From a virus: a stretch of DNA of 64,000 nt. The stretch is taken from positions 1 to 64,000 of IMG/VR virus record IMGVR_UViG_3300032282_004151; one strand, written 5' to 3'. The position numbers and the translations under genes are program-made. Positions 56,594 to 64,000 of the stretch are shown piece after piece; positions within the stretch are counted from its first letter, which is position 1; each line of letters opens with the position of its first letter. A model generated the notes under the pieces. That model was not told the origin of the DNA, did no database searches, and saw nothing but the letters and a program-made list of their open reading frames with translations.

Positions 56594-57484
56594 ATGAAGA
56601 AGCGCAAACGGATTGATAAATCCAAGAAGGCGACCAAAAAGGTCAAGAAGATCAAAAAAGTTTCTAAGGTAAATAAACCACGGAAAATTAAAAAACAAAT
56701 CATAAAGGTAAGCGAAGTTCATATACCAGAAAAGATTTCCAGACCTCGTGGTAGACCAAAGGGGAGCAAAACCAATAAGCTGCTTTCTGATGGAACTGAG
56801 AAGAAAGTTTCCAACGTATATTTCACGTTGGAAACAGAAGCGGCAATTGTAGCTTATAATGAAACAGAAGATCCTCGTGAAAAAGATCGTATATACAATG
56901 AGCAAATACAAGCCGCATTTGCCAAGATAGCAGAAAACGTATATAACACGTTTAAATTCAGTTACGCAGATGTATCTCCATTAGAGATCCAGAAACAAGC
57001 CATTTCACATATGGTGGCAAATATTGCCAAGTATGAGAAGGGAAAAGGTAAAGCATTCAGTTATTTCAGTATTGTGGCAAAGCATTGGTTTATTCTTGAT
57101 AACAACACTACCTATCGCCGCTTTAAGAAACATGTAGAAATCTGCGAACAAGTTGGAGAGTCTGGAGAGTTTGTTGTTGAGCCAGAACATGAAAAGCAGG
57201 AAAGCGAAACCCGCGAGTTTATCAAGCTTATGGTTGAATATTGGGACAAGAATGTTGGAAGACACTTTACCAAAGAACGCGATCTAAAGATTGCCAATGC
57301 AGTTATTGAAATATTCAGAAATGCAGACCGTATTGATGTGTTTAATAAAAAGGCATTGTATCTGTATATACGAGAAATCGCAGATTGCCAAACTCAACAT
57401 ATCACAAAGGTTATAAATAAGATGGCAGGTCCGCAGTCTCATATAAAAAGTGAATATCTCAATCGCGGATCTATTGCGCTTTGA
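56594..57484 (+). CDS. phage late sigma factor (T4 gp55-like) with basic/AT-hook N-extension
   Basis: YFT.ETE.AI..YN, F.KIAEN, KAFSYFSIVAK sigma region-2-like; RPRGRPKG. Confidence 0.65.
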   Translation: MKKRKRIDKSKKATKKVKKIKKVSKVNKPRKIKKQIIKVSEVHIPEKISRPRGRPKGSKTNKLLSDGTEKKVSNVYFTLETEAAIVAYNETEDPREKDRIYNEQIQAAFAKIAENVYNTFKFSYADVSPLEIQKQAISHMVANIAKYEKGKGKAFSYFSIVAKHWFILDNNTTYRRFKKHVEICEQVGESGEFVVEPEHEKQESETREFIKLMVEYWDKNVGRHFTKERDLKIANAVIEIFRNADRIDVFNKKALYLYIREIADCQTQHITKVINKMAGPQSHIKSEYLNRGSIAL

Positions 57485-57514
57485 AATATATATACATTAG
57501 ACTATTTATAGTGT

Positions 57515-57898
57515 ATGGAAACATCTGATTTTGAGCTATACAAAGGAAAGACCTTCGCTTCGCTGTGTAAGGACATTGTTGGCAATTCTGAAGAGAAGAA
57601 ACAACAGCTTGATATACTCATAACTGACCTCAGAGACATGATTAAGACGGTAAATGATGCTGTTACAATCGTTCCGTTGCTTAAAGAGTACTTTGACGTT
57701 GGAATTAGGAATGATGAGCAATTAATCAAATTAGCGGCTATTATACAACGGCTAATGTCTGGAAAATCTGGTGCAGACGGTGAAGGTGGTTCGATGCTTT
57801 TAACGGAAGAAGAAAGAAAGCAGCTTATGGCGGCGGTTGAAGAAACCGCCAAAGCTATCAGAGAACCAAATAACTCGGAAGAAAAACAAAGTAAATAA
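57515..57898 (+). CDS. conserved phage hypothetical protein
   Basis: IVPLLKEYFDVGIRNDEQLIKLA; TATTTATA at 57503. Confidence 0.7.
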   Translation: METSDFELYKGKTFASLCKDIVGNSEEKKQQLDILITDLRDMIKTVNDAVTIVPLLKEYFDVGIRNDEQLIKLAAIIQRLMSGKSGADGEGGSMLLTEEERKQLMAAVEETAKAIREPNNSEEKQSK

Positions 57899-57900
57899 TT

Positions 57901-59331
57901 ATGGCATTTTGGAATACAGAGCGTAGAAATGATTTAAATGTCAAGCAGGACAGTGTCATTCCATCTGTGCGCATGCTTTTCGAACGCAAGCCAGACTTCA
58001 ATTATTTTTATGAATTGGAAGAAGCGGTTGTATTGGATGTAATCTTGGACGAGACGCATCCAGAGTTTGCAAATTCGAAATTAGATCCAACCGATTGGCC
58101 ACCCAATTCAAATGGTAGTAGACCAAATCCAAATGATCCAAATTATGGAAATATTGGAAAAATAAGATTTAGATTTTTACAGAGTGAAAGAGGAACTCCA
58201 AAAGACTCTTTGCAGTGGGCATATCCCATTGAAAACACGGGGGTAATTGAATATCCACTGATGAATGAAATAGTAATCGTTGCAAAATATTTAAACAAAT
58301 ATTACTATTCAAAAAAGTTAAATTCAAAGTCAGTCATGAATACAAATGCTTCATTTGTGACTGAAAAGGTTGCAGGCCATAATTCTGGAAATGTTGATAC
58401 ATACCACACTCCTCCCGCACCATTCGTTGGTCCAAGATCAACATTGAGTGCGGCGGGTGGAGAAAATTATCAAGGAGTGTTGGGAAAATATTTCAAATTT
58501 AACCATCATATACGAACCTTGAAAAAATATGAAGGTGATACGATATTAGAGTCTAGATTTGGATCTTCTATACGATTTGGTGCATATGACAGTGTGCGCG
58601 CAAATGATAATGGATTGGGAGAATACTCGGATGGTGGTGGAAATCCAATGATACTTATCAGAAACCGCCAAGCTCCAATAACAAATCCACAGGGGCTTAC
58701 TGCCAAAGGATATACAATCGAAGATATAAACAAAGATGGAAGTTCCATTCATATTACGTCAGGAAAAACTGTATCCGGGTTTCGGCCTACAACAACAATT
58801 CCAGTAATAAATATAACAAAGGCTGTCACCATTCCTCGCTTGAATGGAGATCAGATCGTAATCAACAGTGATAGATTGATATTTTCTTCAAAGGTAAACG
58901 AAACTTTACTTTATTCAAAGAGTTTTGTTGGAATAACCAGTGATAAATTTGTATCAATTACCGCAAAAGGAAATACTACAATTACATCTTCCGATGGAGT
59001 AATTGTTTTTAATGCCAAGAAAACTTACGTCGGAGTTGATAAATTGGGTGCCAATGACCAACCGGCGCTGCTGGGCGGCGTGACTTGCTTATTTTTATAT
59101 GCATTGTGCGATTTTCAACTTTCATTGATAAATACACATATTCAAAGTCTTGCAACTACAATCGCTCACGTTCACGCATCACCAACGATCACAACATTCA
59201 TAGCAATGCCTCCGTTTATAGTTCTTTGGGCAGAGCAATTACAGAGCTTATATGCAGCACAGGCACAGCTATTGATATTAAGATCGCAAATACCAACATT
59301 ACAAAGCTCCAGATTGTTTTTGGGAGGATGA
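57901..59331 (+). CDS. baseplate hub/spike-like protein
   Basis: YPLMNEIV, EGDTILESRFGSSIRFG, GDQIVINSDRL, HVH tip; upstream of gp25/gp6. Confidence 0.6.
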   Translation: MAFWNTERRNDLNVKQDSVIPSVRMLFERKPDFNYFYELEEAVVLDVILDETHPEFANSKLDPTDWPPNSNGSRPNPNDPNYGNIGKIRFRFLQSERGTPKDSLQWAYPIENTGVIEYPLMNEIVIVAKYLNKYYYSKKLNSKSVMNTNASFVTEKVAGHNSGNVDTYHTPPAPFVGPRSTLSAAGGENYQGVLGKYFKFNHHIRTLKKYEGDTILESRFGSSIRFGAYDSVRANDNGLGEYSDGGGNPMILIRNRQAPITNPQGLTAKGYTIEDINKDGSSIHITSGKTVSGFRPTTTIPVINITKAVTIPRLNGDQIVINSDRLIFSSKVNETLLYSKSFVGITSDKFVSITAKGNTTITSSDGVIVFNAKKTYVGVDKLGANDQPALLGGVTCLFLYALCDFQLSLINTHIQSLATTIAHVHASPTITTFIAMPPFIVLWAEQLQSLYAAQAQLLILRSQIPTLQSSRLFLGG

Positions 59332-59332
59332 T

Positions 59333-60553
59333 ATGCCAGAACTGACCAATACAATACCATCTATAACCGCACCAACGACATTTTTGTCCAATACTCCCAC
59401 ATTTAGCACAGCGGCTACCGTGACGACGACGGCAAATGAAACGGTGGCGACTGCGACCGAGGTATTCAGTACAAGACCGACAAGTTTGGCAAATAATACT
59501 ACATCTATAGCCGGGGCTGTATCTACTGGGAATATTACCGTTGGGACGGGCACGGCTGCACAAACAACAACTGGATTATTATCAAATACGACAGCAACTC
59601 TATCTACAAGCGGAATAAATACATTATCTGCTCCAAATTTATCATTAAATCAAATTAGCCCAACCGTAAATATAAATGGTCCAATAAATGTTTCAAATTT
59701 AAGTAATGTAAGTGTTTCGTCAATCGCTAGCAACGCCGGTATACCTACAAGTATTGGTGCAGCTGCTTCTACAGTTGCTTCTAGATTAAATATTGCAACC
59801 GCATTACCTTCAACGGGTGCGGCACTAAGGACTTTGGGCTTAACTCCAACATTGTCTAATTTAGGAATTACTTTTCCAAAATTTCCAGAATTCCCTGGAT
59901 TGGATTTGCCAGCAGTATTGATTGGAAAAAGTCCAAAATTTATAGCAGAGTATGTTGTTAAATTTAAAACAATTGTTTTGCCATTTATTCCGGGGGTAAA
60001 ACTCAATATGGCAACTGCTCTTGCTGCGGCATCTATTCTAAGAACAATTGCATCTGGAAATGGAAAAGAAATAATAAAGCACTTGGTGTCTGGCTTGGTC
60101 AATGATATAGCAAATGAAACTTTGAAGGGGCTTCAAAAGTCCATAGACAGCACTGGTATCAAGAATGTGGGAACACAATTCAATCAAGCAATGGCTCAAG
60201 CGAAAAACGACGCCGAACAGAATTTTAAAAGAACCAATCCTCCTATAAAAACTACAGATCCCGATACTGGGGAGACTACAGAAGAAGAGCAGGAAATGCC
60301 GGAAATGGATTTTCCAGATTTGAATGGAATTGGTGAAATAGATCCAGAAGAAGAGTCTAGGTTGCAAGCCGAACTAGAAGAACAAGCTAGGTTGGAAATG
60401 GAGCAAAATAGAGCGGACGCCGAAGCAGAAGGCATAGAACCTTCGGAATCTTCTGCTCTTTCAGTTCCAAGTGTGGGTACAACCGAAATAAACAATGCCC
60501 AACCAACTGAACAGACAACACCGCAGCCAACTCCAACCAATCCAACGGGATGA
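59333..60553 (+). CDS. Thr/Ser-rich low-complexity structural protein
   Basis: 406-aa ORF in baseplate operon. Confidence 0.6.
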   Translation: MPELTNTIPSITAPTTFLSNTPTFSTAATVTTTANETVATATEVFSTRPTSLANNTTSIAGAVSTGNITVGTGTAAQTTTGLLSNTTATLSTSGINTLSAPNLSLNQISPTVNINGPINVSNLSNVSVSSIASNAGIPTSIGAAASTVASRLNIATALPSTGAALRTLGLTPTLSNLGITFPKFPEFPGLDLPAVLIGKSPKFIAEYVVKFKTIVLPFIPGVKLNMATALAAASILRTIASGNGKEIIKHLVSGLVNDIANETLKGLQKSIDSTGIKNVGTQFNQAMAQAKNDAEQNFKRTNPPIKTTDPDTGETTEEEQEMPEMDFPDLNGIGEIDPEEESRLQAELEEQARLEMEQNRADAEAEGIEPSESSALSVPSVGTTEINNAQPTEQTTPQPTPTNPTG

Positions 60554-60627
60554 TATAACCATTTGATATATCAAACTATTGAATTTAAATAAAAAAAGAC
60601 TAAACAACCATTATATTTATAGTATAT

Positions 60628-61083
60628 ATGAACAAGAAAGAACTAGTAGAAATTATAAGAACTGTTGTGCGTGAGGAAATCAACAATTCTCTACCACAGT
60701 ATCTCATGGAAGTGTTGGCTGAAAGAATAACTGCGCAACCAGTTATTTCTGAGTCCAATGACGAGTCTAAGGTCAACAATACGATGTTGCCAAGAAAGAA
60801 GCCAAATGTATCGTTTGATGCTCCTATCAAACAGCAGCCAGTACAGGCACCAAAGACATTTAGCTCAAATCCAATATTGAACCAAGTATTGAATGAAACG
60901 GTTGGTGGAATTCCGGATGAAAACTCCGTGGCTGCTCCATCCGCGATAGATACTCTAAAGAGTCTTCCGAGAGAAGTATTGGCCGAAAACAAGGAAGTTG
61001 CAGCCGTCGCCAATGCGATGACTAGAGATTACTCGAAACTTCTCAAAGCAATAGATCAAAAAGCAAAGTCAAGTCGTCCTTAA
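60628..61083 (+). CDS. conserved late hypothetical protein
   Basis: IIRTVVREEI...LNQVLNET...TRDYSKL; TATTTATA at 60614. Confidence 0.7.
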   Translation: MNKKELVEIIRTVVREEINNSLPQYLMEVLAERITAQPVISESNDESKVNNTMLPRKKPNVSFDAPIKQQPVQAPKTFSSNPILNQVLNETVGGIPDENSVAAPSAIDTLKSLPREVLAENKEVAAVANAMTRDYSKLLKAIDQKAKSSRP

Positions 61084-61089
61084 CTATAA

Positions 61090-61494
61090 ATGGCAGAAAA
61101 CACACAAGCTTATGGTATAACTTTGCCCATCACGCACGGGCCACAGGGTTATTTTAATCAAAGCTATAATGCAGTTGACCAAGTAAAATCAAACTTAAAT
61201 CTTTTGCTGAGAACAAGAAAAGGAGAAAGACGATTGAACCCCGAGTTTGGTTCTGGGCTGTGGTCGTTGCTGTTTGAAAACATCGGAGAAGACATAGCGT
61301 TTGTAATCAAAAGTGCAATTCAAAAAGATATAAATAGATGGATGAGCTATGTAAAGATACAATCAATTGACGTAACAAACACTGCGGAAAATAGTTATAA
61401 CAAAATACAAGTCTCTGTTATTTTTACTGTTCCATCAATTGGGGTCACATCCCCTCAAACGCTTGATGTTACAATGAACACCACCAATATATGA
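61090..61494 (+). CDS. baseplate wedge subunit (gp25/GPW-like)
   Basis: NLNLLLRTRKGERRLNPEFGSGL..LLFE. Confidence 0.9.
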   Translation: MAENTQAYGITLPITHGPQGYFNQSYNAVDQVKSNLNLLLRTRKGERRLNPEFGSGLWSLLFENIGEDIAFVIKSAIQKDINRWMSYVKIQSIDVTNTAENSYNKIQVSVIFTVPSIGVTSPQTLDVTMNTTNI

Positions 61495-63446
61495 TATTAG
61501 ATACTCCAAAGTCTTTTCAACCGGGCAAGAAAAATGTCAAATATCTAAACAAGGATTTTTCTCAGCTAAAAGCCAGCTTGGTTGAATTTGCCAAGACATA
61601 TTATCCAAATTCATACAAAGATTTCAGCGATGCGTCAACCGGCATGATGTTCATCGAAATGGCTGCGTATGTTGGAGATGTACTTTCATATTACATAGAC
61701 TATCAGTTTAAGGAGTCTATGTTGGTTAATTCTGAAGAAAGGCAGAATATCATAGACTCTGCACGTTCGTTGGGTTACAAGTCGAAGGTAACTGCACCAA
61801 GTGTGACAAAGTTGGACGTATATCAGTTGGTTCCCGCAAAAATGGATGGGTCTGGAAACATGATCCCAGATTTAAATTATTCTCAGATCATAAAACCGGG
61901 CATGACGACGACAAGTGATACAGGAGTAACTTTCATGACAAATTCTCCTGTGGATTTTACAGTAGATACAAAGAACGACCCTCTTGAAATTTCAGTATAC
62001 CAAAGAAATACCGCAGGACAGCCAGAATTTTTTGTTTTGAAAAAAACAACAGATGCATTTTCTGGTCAGCTTGTTACCAAACAATTTGCAATCGGAACAC
62101 CTTCTTCTTTTTACAAGATATATCTTACCGATACAAATATCATAGAAATATTTGATATATATGACTCTGATGGCAATCGTTGGTATGAGACAGACTATTT
62201 GGCACAAGACCTTGTTCCAATAGATTATGAGAACATATACAAAAATGACTCTTCACTTGCGGCTTATAGAGACACCGTTCCATTTTTGCTTAAATTCTTA
62301 AGAACATCCAGACGATTTGTTTCTGGTGTCGCGGCTGACGACACAACATTTTTGGAGTTTGGTTCCGGTACAAATATCAAGGACGATGAAGTAATCATTC
62401 CAAACATATATACGGTAGGAAAATCTTCAACATTCAGAAGAGAAAGCATATCATATGATCCAGCGAATTTCTTGTCTTCTAGAGCATTTGGACAAGCTCC
62501 TGCCAACACTACATTGACAATAAGATACATTGTAGGCGGAGGTGTTGCTAGTAACGTAAATGCAAATACAATCAAAACCATAAACGGTATAGAGTTTTTT
62601 GGAGACATAACCTCTCTTCCAAATCTAGAACAGAATTTAACCAGTTTAGTTCGCCGCTCTATAAAAGTAAACAATCCATTGCCTGCATCTGGTGGTAGAG
62701 GCACTGAAACAAATGATGAGATAAGAAACAATGCTTTGGCAAGTTTCTCTTCACAAGGAAGAGCAGTAACTCAAAAAGATTATGTCATCCGAACATATGC
62801 AATGCCATCCAAGTACGGTGCCATTGCCAAGGCGTATGCTGTAACAGACACTCAATTGGATCCATCAAACATTCAAGCCAATCCAAATCAATTGGCAACA
62901 AGCTCATTGTCTCCAGTAAATACGAATGTAAAGGCTATCCCACCAAACAATCCGTTCGCAGTAAACCTATATATTCTGTGCTACGATAGAAATCAAAGAC
63001 TGATTAACTCGAACGACGCAATTCGCCAAAATCTAAAAAACTATCTCAACCAATACAGAATGCTTACAGACAGCGTCAATTTGTTGGATGGATTTATAAT
63101 AAACATAGGAGTGGATTTCTCGATCTTAACATATAAGAATTATAATAAACGAGAAGTGTTGGCCAATTGCATAACCTTGGTTCAAAACTATTTCAATATC
63201 AACAATATTCAATTCTGCGAGCCAATAAATTTGAGCAGATTACAATTGGAAATAGCAAAGGTAGATGGAGTGCAGTCGGTTCCTTCGATCAAGATAAAGA
63301 ACTTAACATTGAAGGATGGCGACTATTCTCCATACGAGTATGACATAGAAAAGGCAACTATGGATAATGTTGTATATCCATCCATAGATCCTAGCATTTT
63401 TGAAGTAAGATTTCCAACCAAAGACATTGTGGGACGAGTAAATTGA
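61491..63446 (+). CDS. baseplate wedge subunit (gp6/J-like)
   Basis: YLNKDF, MAAYVGDVLSYYID, LGYK, FGSG, GGRG.E, RAVT.KDY. Confidence 0.9.
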   Translation: MILDTPKSFQPGKKNVKYLNKDFSQLKASLVEFAKTYYPNSYKDFSDASTGMMFIEMAAYVGDVLSYYIDYQFKESMLVNSEERQNIIDSARSLGYKSKVTAPSVTKLDVYQLVPAKMDGSGNMIPDLNYSQIIKPGMTTTSDTGVTFMTNSPVDFTVDTKNDPLEISVYQRNTAGQPEFFVLKKTTDAFSGQLVTKQFAIGTPSSFYKIYLTDTNIIEIFDIYDSDGNRWYETDYLAQDLVPIDYENIYKNDSSLAAYRDTVPFLLKFLRTSRRFVSGVAADDTTFLEFGSGTNIKDDEVIIPNIYTVGKSSTFRRESISYDPANFLSSRAFGQAPANTTLTIRYIVGGGVASNVNANTIKTINGIEFFGDITSLPNLEQNLTSLVRRSIKVNNPLPASGGRGTETNDEIRNNALASFSSQGRAVTQKDYVIRTYAMPSKYGAIAKAYAVTDTQLDPSNIQANPNQLATSSLSPVNTNVKAIPPNNPFAVNLYILCYDRNQRLINSNDAIRQNLKNYLNQYRMLTDSVNLLDGFIINIGVDFSILTYKNYNKREVLANCITLVQNYFNINNIQFCEPINLSRLQLEIAKVDGVQSVPSIKIKNLTLKDGDYSPYEYDIEKATMDNVVYPSIDPSIFEVRFPTKDIVGRVN

Positions 63447-63452
63447 TTTATT

Positions 63453-64000
63453 ATGCATTATTTTTTATACCCATCAAAAGATAGTACTATTACCGATAAC
63501 TCCACATTCATATACAAAAATATGGGGTTGGATGAAATTCTGGAAATAGAAAAAAGAATTTCGTTGAATAGCTGCAGAAGTGTTAGTGGTAGTGCGGCGG
63601 CAGTTTTGTCCAGAGCATTGTTACAGTTTGATATTGCCGAAATATCAAATGCAATCGCGGAAGGAAAAATAACAAATCCTTGCTTTTTCCTAACTTTGAA
63701 AACCTGTGATGTAACAGAAGTGCCAGTCAAATATACGATTGCAGCATATCCATTGTCAAAACCTTGGAACATGGGAACTGGATACAAGTATGATGGAAGT
63801 ACAGTTACAGACGGAGTTAGTTGGAAATTCACAGATGGTATTTCTAATTTTTGGTACAGCGGTTCTATAACAGATTGTTCTGGTGGTGGAACTTGGTGGG
63901 TATCTGCAAGTTTGGAAGGCTCTGGATCTGGATATGTTGCCCCTCCGTTTATAAGCCCAGATCCATACAATCCTTTCCCAGAATGTCCAAATTCGGGTTC
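63453..64000 (+). CDS. structural protein, truncated by window end
   Basis: MHYFLYPSKDSTI...NMGLDEILEI...SRALLQFD...W.MGTG open to window end. Confidence 0.7.
   Translation, partial: MHYFLYPSKDSTITDNSTFIYKNMGLDEILEIEKRISLNSCRSVSGSAAAVLSRALLQFDIAEISNAIAEGKITNPCFFLTLKTCDVTEVPVKYTIAAYPLSKPWNMGTGYKYDGSTVTDGVSWKFTDGISNFWYSGSITDCSGGGTWWVSASLEGSGSGYVAPPFISPDPYNPFPECPNSG

Noticed and set aside
1-64000. Alternative genetic code (stop-codon reassignment), as in some jumbo phages
   Set aside because: Recognisable genes are full length in the standard code and no suppressor tRNA was seen

Overview
A 64-kb segment of a large lytic T4-like/jumbo-type myophage genome, almost all on the + strand and in the standard code, with three compositional zones. 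(1) 1-11.6 kb is AT-rich and carries metabolic/middle genes: FeoA, metallophosphoesterase, heme oxygenase + PcyX-type bilin reductase, ThyX, an ABC-ATPase/GNAT fusion, a CDGSH Fe-S protein, a GIY-YIG nuclease and SSB. (2) 12-34.5 kb is a visibly more GC-rich early region of about 55 small genes, most with their own sigma70-type promoter and a leaderless start. It also holds an SF2 helicase, six conventional tRNAs, several non-canonical tRNA-like RNAs, an ArfA-like ORF and repeated structured 3' elements, and has repeat/IHF-site-rich and G-tract-rich boundaries. (3) 34.8-64 kb is an AT-rich late region with Thr-Pro-repeat (mucin-like) virion proteins, PhoH, a six-gene glycosylation cluster headed by a GT60-like polypeptide GlcNAc transferase, Hsp20, peptide deformylase, a gp55-like late sigma factor and baseplate genes. 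The best candidates for novel biology are a phage mucin-type O-glycosylation system; an ArfA-like protein next to an anticodon-less G3:U70 tRNA mimic; a tRNA-Arg with rearranged arms; and covarying 3' RNA elements in the leaderless early array. All family calls are from motif recognition by eye; no searches were run.
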